From assembly GCA_963815115.1 (NCBI GenBank), contig CAWFFN010000008.1:64001-128000 (forward strand): 64,000 bases of DNA, given 5' to 3'. Position 1 is the stretch's first letter, and each line of letters opens with the position of its first letter. This DNA comes from an uncultured delta proteobacterium (GTDB taxonomy: Bacteria > Desulfobacterota > Binatia > DP-6). The position numbers and the translations under genes were made by a program. Below the pieces are notes generated by a model. It saw nothing but the letters and a program-made list of their open reading frames with translations, was not told the origin of the DNA and ran no database searches. This document shows, piece by piece, positions 41,997-52,008 of the stretch.

Positions 41997-43514
41997 ATGG
42001 CGAGCCCGGACAGTCCAGCGTTGGATCAGCCGCCGGCCCGTGCCGACACCGCGCCAGCCCAGACGCCGCCGCCTCGCACCGTCCCGAGCCCGCCGCCAGG
42101 TACGCCGGCGCCGAGCGCTCGGCGCCGATGGCTCCTCGCTGGGGTCGGCGTTCTCGCCCTGCTCCTCATCCTGTTCGAGGGCATCCCGTGGGTGCGCAAT
42201 GCGCTCCGGACGGTCTCGACCGACGACGCCTACGTGAACGGCCACGTCACCTTCGTCGCCGCGCGGGTCCCCGGTCAGGTCACGAAGGTGCTGGTGGACG
42301 ACAACAATCGGGTGCGGACCGGCGACCTGCTCGTGCAGCTCGACAAGGAGCCGTATCAGGTGCTGGTCAACATCGCCCAGGCCGCGCTCGATGCGGCGCG
42401 GGCCGATCTGCTCGCCGCGGAGGCCGAGACGCGCGCGGTCGAAGGTCAGGCGCGCAGCTTGCGCTTCAACCTCGACCACGCGATCGAGGACGTGAACAAC
42501 CAGGTGTCGCTCCTGCGCTCGCGGGTGGCCGGCCTCGACTCCTACAAGGCCGCGGTGGCGAAGGCGCAGGCCGACTACGACCGGGCGCTGCCACTCCTCA
42601 AGTCGGGCACCATCACCGCCGAGGAGCTCGACCACCGCAAGCAGGCACTGCGGGATGCGCAGGCGCAGCTCGAGGCGGCACTGCAGGGCGTCTACCAGAT
42701 TCGGGTCTCGCTCGGCCTTCCCCCGAGACCGCCGACCGGAGACGACCTGGCGCAGGTCCCTCCCGACCTCGACCAGACCTTCTCCACCGTACGGGAGGCC
42801 CAGGCGAAGCTCATCCAGGCGGTCGCACAGCTCGGCGTCGCCGTATCGTTCAACAAGTCGCCCAAGGAGATGATCGCGGACTTCTACAAGCGCGACGCCC
42901 AGGGCGACATCGATCGCATACTCGCCGACCTCCTGAAGGACGCGCCTGCCGTCGCGCAGGCCAGCGCGAAGGTGTCCGAGGCGCAGCGCAATCTCGACCA
43001 GGCCAAGCTGAACCTGCGCTACACGGACGTGTTCGCGGAGATCGACGGGGTGATCACGCGCCGCGAGGTGAATCCCGGCAACAACGTGGTCGCCGGACAG
43101 AGCCTGATGGCGATCCGCTCCCTGACGGACATCTGGGTCGACGCCAATTTCAAGGAGACCCAGCTGGCCGACATCAGGATCGGACATCCGGTCGACCTCT
43201 ACGTGGACATGTACGGCAAGCGCCGCGTGTTCAAGGGCCGCGTCTCCGGCTTCACGATGGGCACGGGATCGACCCTCGCGCTGCTGCCGCCCGAGAACGC
43301 CACGGGGAACTTCGTCAAGGTGGTGCAGCGCCTGCCGGTGCGCATCGACCTCGTGGGCTACGAGCCGGACAAGACGCCGCTGTTCATCGGCCTGTCGGTG
43401 AGGCCCTACGTCCACGTGCGGGAGACGCCCACGGGGCCCGATGCGGGACAGGTGCTGCAACCGCATGCCCCGCAGCCTTCGCCGGAGCCGACCGCAGCGC
43501 AGACCCGGCAATGA
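41997..43514 (+). CDS. HlyD/EmrA-family membrane fusion protein
   Basis: TDDAYV, ANFKETQL, PENATGNFVKVVQRLPVRI. Confidence 0.93.
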   Translation: MASPDSPALDQPPARADTAPAQTPPPRTVPSPPPGTPAPSARRRWLLAGVGVLALLLILFEGIPWVRNALRTVSTDDAYVNGHVTFVAARVPGQVTKVLVDDNNRVRTGDLLVQLDKEPYQVLVNIAQAALDAARADLLAAEAETRAVEGQARSLRFNLDHAIEDVNNQVSLLRSRVAGLDSYKAAVAKAQADYDRALPLLKSGTITAEELDHRKQALRDAQAQLEAALQGVYQIRVSLGLPPRPPTGDDLAQVPPDLDQTFSTVREAQAKLIQAVAQLGVAVSFNKSPKEMIADFYKRDAQGDIDRILADLLKDAPAVAQASAKVSEAQRNLDQAKLNLRYTDVFAEIDGVITRREVNPGNNVVAGQSLMAIRSLTDIWVDANFKETQLADIRIGHPVDLYVDMYGKRRVFKGRVSGFTMGTGSTLALLPPENATGNFVKVVQRLPVRIDLVGYEPDKTPLFIGLSVRPYVHVRETPTGPDAGQVLQPHAPQPSPEPTAAQTRQ

Positions 43515-45127
43515 CCACCCCTGCCATGGCGGCCCCTGCCATCGCCGTGCCGCGGCGGTCGGCGGGTCCGTGGCTCGTCGCCGTGGCCGTGGTCATCCCC
43601 ACCTTCATGGAGGTGCTGGACACCACGATCGCCAACGTCGCGCTGCGCTACATCGCCGGCGGCCTCTCGGCGCCGGTCACCGACAGCGAATGGGTGATCA
43701 CCAGCTACCTGGCCGCCAACGCGATCATCCTGCCCATCTCGGGCTGGCTCGCCACCCGCCTCGGCCGGCGCAACTACTTCCTGATCTCCATCGGCGTGTT
43801 CACCGCCGCGTCGGCGCTGTGCGGCATGGCCACGAGCCTGATCATGCTGATCGGGGCCCGCGTGCTCCAGGGCCTGGCGGGCGGCGGGCTCCAGCCGTCC
43901 AGCCAGGGCGTCCTGCTCGACGCCTTTCCTCCCGAACGCCAGGGCACGGCGATGACGGTGTTCGGCATCGCGGCGCTGCTCGCACCCGTCGTCGGCCCGA
44001 CGCTCGGGGGCTACATCACGGACAACTACAATTGGCGCTGGATCTTCTACCTGAACGTCCCCGTCGGTCTCCTGGCGCTCCTCATGTGCAGCCGTCTGGT
44101 GGTCGACCCGGACTACCTGGTGGCGCAGCGCGCCGCCGCCCGCCGCCAGCGCCAGCCCTTCGACCTGCTCGGCCTGGTGCTGCTGGCGGTCGCCATGGTC
44201 TGCTGGGAGGTGATGCTGAGCAAGGGACAGGAGTGGGACTGGCTCGGTGATCCATTCCTCCGCGTCCAGACCCTGCTGGTGCTGTTCCTCGTCTCCCTGG
44301 TGGCGCTGATCCTCCGGCAGCTCCGGATCACCAACCCGCTCATCAACTTCCGTACGCTGACGGACCGCAACTTCCGCTCCTGCTGCATCATCATCTTCTG
44401 CGCCTTCGGCGTCCTGTACGCGAACACGACGACCCTACCGGCGCTGCTCCAGTCCCTGTTCGGCTACGACGCCACGACGTCGGGACTGGTGCTGTCGCCC
44501 TCGGGAGTGGCCTCGGTCATGCTGCTGTTCGCGGTCGGGCTCCTGCTCGGCCGGGGCCTGGATGCGCGCTATCTCATGGCCGCCGGCGTACTGACGATGG
44601 CGGCCGGAAACCTCTGGCTGTCGCGGCTGAACCTGGACATCGGCCCGTGGCAGGTGGTCTGGCCGCGAGTGGTGGTGATCTCGGGCCTGTCGTTGCTGTT
44701 CGCGCCGCTGAACGTCGCAGCGTTCCTGTACATCCCGGCGCAGCTCCGCCCCGCGGCGGTCGGCCTGCTCGCGCTGCTGCGCAACGAGGGCGGCAGCGTC
44801 GGCACCTCGATGGCGCAGACGATCCTGGAGCGCCGCGAGCAGTTCCACGTCCTGCGGCTGAACGAGAAGCTCGACTCCCTGTACCCCGCCGTCCAGCAGT
44901 GGTTCGAGCGGGGACGCGAATTCTTCATGCACGGCAACGGTGATCCGGTACGGTCACACCAGATGGCGTTGCGCTCCCTGCAGGAGATGCGCGACCGGCA
45001 GGCCGCGGCGCTGGCGTACTTCGACGTGTTCTGGTCCTCGGCGGTCGTGGCGGCACTGATGGTGTTCCTCGTCCTCCTGATGCGTCGCTCGGTGGCCGAG
45101 AAGGGCGCCCACGTCGGCGCGGAGTGA
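43511..45127 (+). CDS. DHA2/EmrB-family MFS efflux permease
   Basis: MEVLDTTIANVAL, WVITSYL, WRWIFYLNVP. Confidence 0.93.
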   Translation: MTTPAMAAPAIAVPRRSAGPWLVAVAVVIPTFMEVLDTTIANVALRYIAGGLSAPVTDSEWVITSYLAANAIILPISGWLATRLGRRNYFLISIGVFTAASALCGMATSLIMLIGARVLQGLAGGGLQPSSQGVLLDAFPPERQGTAMTVFGIAALLAPVVGPTLGGYITDNYNWRWIFYLNVPVGLLALLMCSRLVVDPDYLVAQRAAARRQRQPFDLLGLVLLAVAMVCWEVMLSKGQEWDWLGDPFLRVQTLLVLFLVSLVALILRQLRITNPLINFRTLTDRNFRSCCIIIFCAFGVLYANTTTLPALLQSLFGYDATTSGLVLSPSGVASVMLLFAVGLLLGRGLDARYLMAAGVLTMAAGNLWLSRLNLDIGPWQVVWPRVVVISGLSLLFAPLNVAAFLYIPAQLRPAAVGLLALLRNEGGSVGTSMAQTILERREQFHVLRLNEKLDSLYPAVQQWFERGREFFMHGNGDPVRSHQMALRSLQEMRDRQAAALAYFDVFWSSAVVAALMVFLVLLMRRSVAEKGAHVGAE

Positions 45128-45144
45128 ACCGTGCCAGCACGCCC

Positions 45145-45579
45145 TCAGGAGACCTCGTGCACCTGCCGCCAGTGCTCGTACATGCGGTTCACGATCGCGA
45201 ACACGAACGCCGTCGACCATCCGACCAGGATGAGACCCGTGAGACCCTCGATCCCTGCCAGCACCCGCCAGCCGGGTCCCAGAACGAGGTCGCCGAAGCC
45301 GAGCGTCGTGTACGTGGTGATGGAGAAGTAGACCGCCGTCTCCAGCGTCGGCAACTCGCCGGCTCGCCAGAACACCACGGCCCAGAGAACGATCTGGGTC
45401 AGATGGAGGAGGACGATGCACATGAACAGGGAGAGGAGGAGCCCGGCGCGGCGAACCACGTACGGGGACTCGAAGACCTGACGTATCCTGGCCAGCCAGT
45501 GGATCATCACCAGTGTCCCCAGGCTCTGGACGATCACGCAGGCCGCGAGCAGCGCGAGGGCAATCAGGACCAGATGCAT
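45145..45579 (-). CDS. Potassium channel family pore protein
   Basis: YFSITTYTTLGFGD. Confidence 0.85.
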   Translation of the reverse strand: MHLVLIALALLAACVIVQSLGTLVMIHWLARIRQVFESPYVVRRAGLLLSLFMCIVLLHLTQIVLWAVVFWRAGELPTLETAVYFSITTYTTLGFGDLVLGPGWRVLAGIEGLTGLILVGWSTAFVFAIVNRMYEHWRQVHEVS

Positions 45580-45667
45580 GGGCTGGGTTCTAGGGAACTC
45601 CGGGAGGTCCCACCAGGCGGCAGCCCCGCGCGGCGGCCGATGATCGGCGAGGCGCTGACGACCGTCG

Positions 45668-46156
45668 TCACTGACCCTGGTGGGCAGGGTCGAGCAGAGG
45701 CGGGACGAGGCGGTCCAGCGCCGCGGCATCGAGGAATTGCTCGTGGAGCGTCGCCGTGCCACGCACGACGAACGCCGTCGTGGGGAGCCCGCGCGGGAAG
45801 AGCCGCTCGGTGAGCGCGTCCTGGTCGGCGGCGACGGTGACGACGTCGTAGCGCATGTCCCACGTCCGGCGCGCGTTGCGGACGCGCTTCACGTCGGTCT
45901 CGAGGGCGACCCCGAGCACGCGCAGCCCGCGATCGCGCCAGCGCCGTGCGGCGTCGTTCAACGCCGGGACTTCGGCGCGGCAGGGCGGGCAGTAGGTCGC
46001 CCAGAAGGCGACGACCGTCGGGCGGTCGCCGACGACCTCGCGCAGCGCGACGACGGTGCCGTTCTCGCGCGCGACCCGCAGGTCGAGGACTCCCGGCGCC
46101 GAGGTCGCCATCGCGCTCGTCGCCACGAGGACGAGCGCAGCCCCGACGGCTCGCAC
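45668..46156 (-). CDS. TlpA-like thiol-disulfide oxidoreductase
   Basis: FWATYCPPC, GLP; signal peptide. Confidence 0.88.
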   Translation of the reverse strand: MRAVGAALVLVATSAMATSAPGVLDLRVARENGTVVALREVVGDRPTVVAFWATYCPPCRAEVPALNDAARRWRDRGLRVLGVALETDVKRVRNARRTWDMRYDVVTVAADQDALTERLFPRGLPTTAFVVRGTATLHEQFLDAAALDRLVPPLLDPAHQGQ

Positions 46157-46158
46157 GA

Positions 46159-46629
46159 CTAGTTCACCTCTATCTGGCCCTTGGTCGGGAGCACCCCGGG
46201 ATCGCGCGTGCGCTGGCCGATGACCTCGGTCGTGAAGGTGTAGGTCCCGGGGTCGAGCGAGCAGACGCTGGCGAACTGACCGGGCGGGACGTCCCCGACC
46301 AGCTTCTTGCCTTGCCACGAGAAGATCGCCCACGGCGCGGACGGTGCGCCCTTCTCCCGACCGTGCACGAGGCCGCAGCGGATCTTCTGCTCGATGTCGC
46401 TCGGCTCGGTGAACGTGACCCGGATCGGATGCGTCGAGTAGTTGACGAACGACACGACGTCCCCGTGACTCATGGTGGTGGTCGACGGCCGGATGTCGGG
46501 GCCGTCGAGCGTGACTGTCCGCGTGATGGCCTTGGCGTGTGCGTCGCGATCCTCGTGCTCGGCGGCGGCGGGGCCGACCCCGACTGCGACGAGCAACACG
46601 AGCGCGAGCCGGACGGATGAATTCGTCAT
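46159..46629 (-). CDS. Secreted cupredoxin-like protein
   Basis: Signal peptide; GDVVSFVN, PGTYTF, GQIEV pattern; canonical Cu ligands not evident. Confidence 0.6.
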   Translation of the reverse strand: MTNSSVRLALVLLVAVGVGPAAAEHEDRDAHAKAITRTVTLDGPDIRPSTTTMSHGDVVSFVNYSTHPIRVTFTEPSDIEQKIRCGLVHGREKGAPSAPWAIFSWQGKKLVGDVPPGQFASVCSLDPGTYTFTTEVIGQRTRDPGVLPTKGQIEVN

Positions 46630-46799
46630 GATATCCTACCGTGGAAACCCCGGAGCGGGGTGTCAGAGCCGTCATGGATGCCAAACACCCGAGGAGGTTC
46701 TCGATCAATACCCTTTGATCGTGGCCGCTCGCACCCCGGGTCCCCGCCCGACCGGCGTAGCTTGCGGGCGCCGAGCCCGCTGCCGTAGCCTCCGCCGCC

Positions 46800-48968
46800 A
46801 TGGTGTGGAAGCGCCTGCCCGCAGGCCTCGTCATCGGCCTGTGCACCGCGGTCGCCGTCTTCGCCGGGCTGTCCGGCTGGCTGCCGCTGCCCGCGTCGGG
46901 GCGCGAGGCCGTGCGGCGCACGGTCAGGCGCGGCGAGCTCCAGGCGAACGACCTGCTCCTGCACGCCCTCGGGCAGGACCGCTCCGCGGGAAACGACGTG
47001 GTGCTCGCGATCGTCAACCAGGCCGATCTGGACGCGATCGCCGATGCGAACGGCGAGGGCTGGCCCTGGCCCCGCGAGTACTGGGCCGTGCTCACCCGCT
47101 TCCTGAGCGACGCCGGCGCGTCGGTCATCGGCTACGACCTCTTCTTCAGCGAGCCGTCGCGCTACCCGGAGGACGATCGCGCGCTCGGCGCAGCCATTGC
47201 CGACTCCGGGCGGATCGTGCTCGCCGTCAGCACCTCGGCCGTCGCGGCAGCCGGGCACCAGCAGGCCGCCCCCCGGGCCGTACCGTTCGACGGCGATCGC
47301 GACGGCCTCGGGCGCCGTGCCCGCCTCGTCCCGCCGGTGCCGGACATCGCGCGCGACGGCACGCCCCTCGGCGTCGCCGACGTGCGCGGCGACGACGACG
47401 AGCTCATCCGTCGCCTGGCCCCCGCCGTGCTGGCCGGCGGCGAGCCGGTGCCGACCTTCGCCACCCGCATCGCGATGCTGCACCGGGGCGTCGAGCGGCT
47501 CCGGATCGAGGACGGCCATCTCGTGTTCGGCGACCGCCGCATCCCGCTGCCGCGCGACGGCAGCCTCACGCTGCGCTTCCGGCATCCCGATCCGCCGCGC
47601 ACCCCCTCCGACATCTCCTTCCCCTCGCTCCACGTCGCCGACCTCTTGCGGGCCGCCTTCGCGCACGCCGACGGCCGTCCCGTGCCACAGGAATGGATCG
47701 ATCGCCTGAAGGGCAAGATCGTCATCGTGGGGCTGAACGCACCCGGGGTGGAGGACGTCGAGGTCACGCCCGTCTCCGGCACGTACCTCGGCTCCGAGCT
47801 GCACGCGACGGGCGTCGACAACCTGCTGCGTGGCGACGCGCTCGACGAGTGGCCCGGGCCGGGGACGTGGGAGCACCTGCCCGCGGCCGTCATGAGCTTT
47901 CTGGTCGCGCTGGTGGCGATCCTGCCCCCGAGCGGCCTGGGCGCGGCCCTCGCCTCCGCCGGCTCCTTCGCCCTCTACGGCGGCGCGACCGCGATCGCCT
48001 ACCGCGACGGCGTCCTGATGCCGCTCTTCGGCCCGCTCGCCGGCACGATCCTCGCCTTCGGCTCCTCGGTGCTCTGGCTCTACATGACCGAGGGCCGGCA
48101 ACGGCGCGAGATCGGCCGGATGTTCTCGCAGTACGTGTCGCCCGCCGTGGTCCAGGAGCTGCAGCGGCATCCGGAGAAGCTCAAGCTGGGCGGCGAGCGG
48201 CGCGAGATGACGGCATTCTTCTCCGACGTCGAGGGATTCACCACGGTGAGCGAGGCCATGCAGCCCGAGGAGCTCGTCGCCTTCTTGAACGACTACCTGA
48301 CCCGCTGCACGGACCTGATCCTGGACAGCGGCGGCGTCATCGACAAGTACGAGGGCGACGCGATCATCGCCTTCTGGAATGCTCCGCTCGACCTCGCCGA
48401 CCATGCCGCCCACGCGTGCGACGCCGCGATCCGGTGCCAGGAGGCGTGCGCCATCTTTCGGGACGAGTGCACCCGCAAGGGCCTGCCGGCGATCCGCATG
48501 CGCGTCGGGGTCAACACCGGGCCGATGGTCGTCGGCAACATGGGATCGCACAAGCGCTTCGATTTCACGATCATGGGCGACGCCGTCAATCTCGCCGCCC
48601 GGCTCGAGGGCGCGAACAAGGTGTTCGGCACCTACCTCATGGTGAGCGACGCGACGCGCCGCGCATGCAACGGGGGCTTCGCGTTCCGCGAGCTCGGCCG
48701 GCTGCGCGTGAAGGGCAAGGCCAAGCCGGTCACGGTTCACGAGCTGCTGGCGCGCGGTCCCGTACCGGCGTGGGTGACGCGCTTCGAGGAAGCGCTCGCG
48801 GCGTTCTACGCGGGGCGCTTCGCCGCCGCCGTGGACGTCTTCCAGGCGGTGCTCGCCGAGCGGCCGGACGATCCGCCGTCACAGCGCTACCTTGCCCGGC
48901 TCGAAGAGATCTGCCAGGCTCCGCCACCATCGAACTTCGACGGCGTGCTGACGCTGACCGAGAAGTAG
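46800..48968 (+). CDS. CHASE2-domain adenylate cyclase
   Basis: WPWPR; TM helices; FSDVEGFT, DKYEGD, GDAVNLAARLE. Confidence 0.93.
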   Translation: MVWKRLPAGLVIGLCTAVAVFAGLSGWLPLPASGREAVRRTVRRGELQANDLLLHALGQDRSAGNDVVLAIVNQADLDAIADANGEGWPWPREYWAVLTRFLSDAGASVIGYDLFFSEPSRYPEDDRALGAAIADSGRIVLAVSTSAVAAAGHQQAAPRAVPFDGDRDGLGRRARLVPPVPDIARDGTPLGVADVRGDDDELIRRLAPAVLAGGEPVPTFATRIAMLHRGVERLRIEDGHLVFGDRRIPLPRDGSLTLRFRHPDPPRTPSDISFPSLHVADLLRAAFAHADGRPVPQEWIDRLKGKIVIVGLNAPGVEDVEVTPVSGTYLGSELHATGVDNLLRGDALDEWPGPGTWEHLPAAVMSFLVALVAILPPSGLGAALASAGSFALYGGATAIAYRDGVLMPLFGPLAGTILAFGSSVLWLYMTEGRQRREIGRMFSQYVSPAVVQELQRHPEKLKLGGERREMTAFFSDVEGFTTVSEAMQPEELVAFLNDYLTRCTDLILDSGGVIDKYEGDAIIAFWNAPLDLADHAAHACDAAIRCQEACAIFRDECTRKGLPAIRMRVGVNTGPMVVGNMGSHKRFDFTIMGDAVNLAARLEGANKVFGTYLMVSDATRRACNGGFAFRELGRLRVKGKAKPVTVHELLARGPVPAWVTRFEEALAAFYAGRFAAAVDVFQAVLAERPDDPPSQRYLARLEEICQAPPPSNFDGVLTLTEK

Positions 48969-48978
48969 CGGGGAATAC

Positions 48979-49461
48979 ATGACGCGAACGTGGTCCTTCC
49001 TGGGAATCGTCCTGGCACTGACGGCGATCGTCGCCTGGGCAGCGCTCGAGCAGGTCCGGGTGATCGAGCGCGAGGCGCGTGTCCGTGCCGACCAGCGCAA
49101 GTTCGGCGACTCGCTGCTGGTCGTGCACGAGGGCGAGGCGCTCGATCTCGTCTCCAGCTCGCCGCCCTGGGTGCGCGTGCGCAAGGGCAACGTCGAGGGG
49201 TGGCTGCACGAGAGCGCCGTGACGCGCGACAAGGGATACAAGTTCTCGGTGGCGTCGCTCGGAGGTACCCAGGTCGAGGCGAGCGAGCGCACCGCCGGGC
49301 AGAAGGGCTTCGACTCCTCCACCGAGAAGACCTTCCGGGCCAGCAAGCCGGCCTTGCAGGCTGCCTACGCGAGGGTCGACGCCATCGACGCGGCGCGGCC
49401 CGACGAGGCCCAGGTGGCGCGCTTCATGAAGGCGGGCAAGCTGGCGGGAGGCGGCCGATGA
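48979..49461 (+). CDS. Secreted SH3-like domain protein
   Basis: Signal peptide; WVRVR...EGWLHESAV; AGQKGF. Confidence 0.75.
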   Translation: MTRTWSFLGIVLALTAIVAWAALEQVRVIEREARVRADQRKFGDSLLVVHEGEALDLVSSSPPWVRVRKGNVEGWLHESAVTRDKGYKFSVASLGGTQVEASERTAGQKGFDSSTEKTFRASKPALQAAYARVDAIDAARPDEAQVARFMKAGKLAGGGR

Positions 49462-50360
49462 TCGCCCGGCTCCTCCTCGTCGCCGGCGGGGTCGCCGCGC
49501 TCGGCGTGAGCTGCGCGAACGTCAACCAGGCCGTCGAGTCGATGAAGCCCATCGCCCAGCACGTTCCCGGGGTCGGCGGCTACGTCGACACCGCGGCGAA
49601 GGGCGTCCAGGCCGGCGGCCTGATCGCGAGGTCCGCCTCCACGTTCGATCCCGATCAGGAGTACTACATCGGGCGCGCGGTCAGCGCGGAGGTGCTCGCC
49701 AACCCGAAGTTCACCCAGACCAGCAACCAGCGTCTCCAGCAGTACGTCTCCGACGTCGGTCAGGCGGTGGCGCTCGGCGCTCCGTCCGTGACCACGCCCT
49801 ACCAGGGATACCGCTTCGTCGTGCTCGAGTCGCCGACGGTGAACGCCTTCTCGACGCCCGGCGGGTACGTCTTCATCACCACGGGGGCGATCGCCGCGGC
49901 GCAGAACGAAGAGGAGCTCGCCGGCGTCCTCGCCCACGAGATCGCGCACGTGTCGCGGGGTCACGGCATCAAGGCGATCAAGCAGGGCGACCTCACCGAG
50001 GCACTGTCCATCATCGGCAGCGAAGCCGCCGGCCACAGCGGCGTCCAGCTCGGTCAGGTCTTCGGCAGCTCCGTGAAGGACATCGTCGTCACCGCGGTGA
50101 CCAAGGGATACAGCCGCGGGCAGGAGACCGAGGCCGACAGCACCGCGGTCGTGTTCCTGCGCGAGTCGGGCTACTCGCCGAGCGGTCTCGTCGAGTATCT
50201 GCGCCACAACGACTTCGACACGGGCGGGTTCCGCAGCGACCACCCGTCGGCGACCGACCGGGTGGCCGCGCTCCAGGCCGCCGTGGGAGCCCAGGGCAAC
50301 ACGCCCGGCACCGACGCGCGCACGGCGCGCTTCAAGCAGAACGTCGGCGGCGCCGGGTAG
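49458..50360 (+). CDS. M48 family metalloprotease lipoprotein
   Basis: GVSC lipobox, NAFSTPGG, HEIAH, YSR..E.EAD, HP...DR. Confidence 0.9.
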   Translation: MIARLLLVAGGVAALGVSCANVNQAVESMKPIAQHVPGVGGYVDTAAKGVQAGGLIARSASTFDPDQEYYIGRAVSAEVLANPKFTQTSNQRLQQYVSDVGQAVALGAPSVTTPYQGYRFVVLESPTVNAFSTPGGYVFITTGAIAAAQNEEELAGVLAHEIAHVSRGHGIKAIKQGDLTEALSIIGSEAAGHSGVQLGQVFGSSVKDIVVTAVTKGYSRGQETEADSTAVVFLRESGYSPSGLVEYLRHNDFDTGGFRSDHPSATDRVAALQAAVGAQGNTPGTDARTARFKQNVGGAG

Positions 50361-50456
50361 CGTTCCGCGCATCTTCGGGTCCGGCGCCGTGCCTCGGAGG
50401 GCGGACGCGACGGGCTCAGCTTGCTCTCGGTCAGCCCGTTTGCTAGCGGCTCTCGG

Positions 50457-51233
50457 GTGATCGAGTCGTTCCGTGAGGTCGTGCGCTACCGCAACCTGCT
50501 GCGCGACCTGATCGCCCGCGACCTGAAGGTGCGGTACAAGCGCTCCGCGCTGGGCATCCTGTGGACGATGCTCAACCCGCTGCTCCTGATGATGATCCTC
50601 GCCTTCGTCTTCGCCCACATCCTGCGCGTCACCGTGCCCCGGTTCCCGGTCTACATCCTCGCAGCCCTGGTGCTGTGGAACTTCTTCGCCCAGGCCACGT
50701 CGTGGTCCACCGGCTGCCTGCTCAGCTATGCCGCGCTCATCCGCAAGGTGTACGTCCCGAAGAGCATCTTCGTCATCGCCACCGTCCTCGCCGGCACCGT
50801 GAACCTGGTGATCTCGCTCGTGCCGCTCGCGCTGATCATGCTGGTCATGGGCCACCCCTTCACCCCGGCGCTCGCCTTCCTCCCGGTCCCCGTGCTCCTG
50901 GCGACGCTCTTCTCCCTCGGCGTCTCCCTCGCCCTGGCCCCCCTGTGCGTCATGTTCGCCGACATCGTCCAGATCTACCAGGCGGCGCTGACGGCCTGGT
51001 TGTACCTCACGCCGGTCATCTATCCGCTCAGCGCCCTGCCCGATCACTACAAGCGTTTCATCCTGCTCAACCCGATGACCCATCTCGTGGAGGCGTTCCG
51101 GACCCCGATCTACCAGGGGACCATTCCCTCCGAGCACGTCCTCATCGCGTCGACGGTGGTGTCCGTCGTGAGCTTCGTGCTGGGCTGGATCATCTTCCAG
51201 CGCTACAGCGACCGCATTGCGTACTACGTCTGA
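50457..51233 (+). CDS. wzm: ABC-2 polysaccharide export permease
   Basis: RYKRSALGILW, LTPVIYP, LNPM. Confidence 0.9.
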   Translation: MIESFREVVRYRNLLRDLIARDLKVRYKRSALGILWTMLNPLLLMMILAFVFAHILRVTVPRFPVYILAALVLWNFFAQATSWSTGCLLSYAALIRKVYVPKSIFVIATVLAGTVNLVISLVPLALIMLVMGHPFTPALAFLPVPVLLATLFSLGVSLALAPLCVMFADIVQIYQAALTAWLYLTPVIYPLSALPDHYKRFILLNPMTHLVEAFRTPIYQGTIPSEHVLIASTVVSVVSFVLGWIIFQRYSDRIAYYV

Positions 51234-52005
51234 GCCTGCCGGCGAGCAGCCGGTCATCGACCTCCGGGGCGTCACGGTGCACTACCGCCTGCCGCACGAG
51301 CGGGTGCACACGTTCAAGGAGTTCGCCATCCAGTGGCTCCGCGGCCGGGTCGTCTACGAGGACCTGCGGGCCCTCGCCGGGGTTGACCTCCAGGTGAAGC
51401 GCGGCGACGCCGTCGGCCTCATCGGGCGCAACGGCGCGGGCAAGACGACGCTCATGAAGGTCATCGCCCGCGTGCTGCGTCCCAGCGAAGGCTCGGTCGC
51501 GATCCGCGGCCTGGTCGCGCCGCTCCTGGAGCTCGGCGCCGGCTTCGACACCGAGCTGACCGGCCGGGAGAACGTTTTCCTGAACGGCGCCATCCTCGGC
51601 CGCTCGCGCAAGGAGATGGTGCAGCGCTTTCCCGGGATCGTCGAGTTCTCGGGGCTGGGCCACTTCATCGATGCGCCGCTGCGGACGTACTCGACCGGCA
51701 TGGTCGCCCGCCTGGGCTTCGCCATCGCCACCGACGTCCAGCCGGACATCCTGCTGCTCGACGAGGTGCTGTCGGTGGGCGACCTCGAGTTCCAGCAGAA
51801 GTGCACCCAGCGCATCGAGGAGTTCCTCGCCGGCGGCGCCACCCTGATCCTGGTGTCCCATTCGCCGGAGGCGATCCTGCAGCTCTGCCGGCGCGTGGTG
51901 TGGCTCGACGCCGGCCACGTGGTGGCCGACGGTCCCGCCCCGCAGGTGGTCGAGGCGTTCGTGTCGCGCTCGATCCCGAGCGAGCCGCGCACGGCCATAG
52001 GCTGA
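51217..52005 (+). CDS. wzt: Polysaccharide ABC ATPase without C-terminal binding domain
   Basis: GRNGAGKT, YSTGM, LLDEVLSVGD. Confidence 0.9.
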   Translation: MRTTSEPAGEQPVIDLRGVTVHYRLPHERVHTFKEFAIQWLRGRVVYEDLRALAGVDLQVKRGDAVGLIGRNGAGKTTLMKVIARVLRPSEGSVAIRGLVAPLLELGAGFDTELTGRENVFLNGAILGRSRKEMVQRFPGIVEFSGLGHFIDAPLRTYSTGMVARLGFAIATDVQPDILLLDEVLSVGDLEFQQKCTQRIEEFLAGGATLILVSHSPEAILQLCRRVVWLDAGHVVADGPAPQVVEAFVSRSIPSEPRTAIG

Positions 52006-52008
52006 GAG

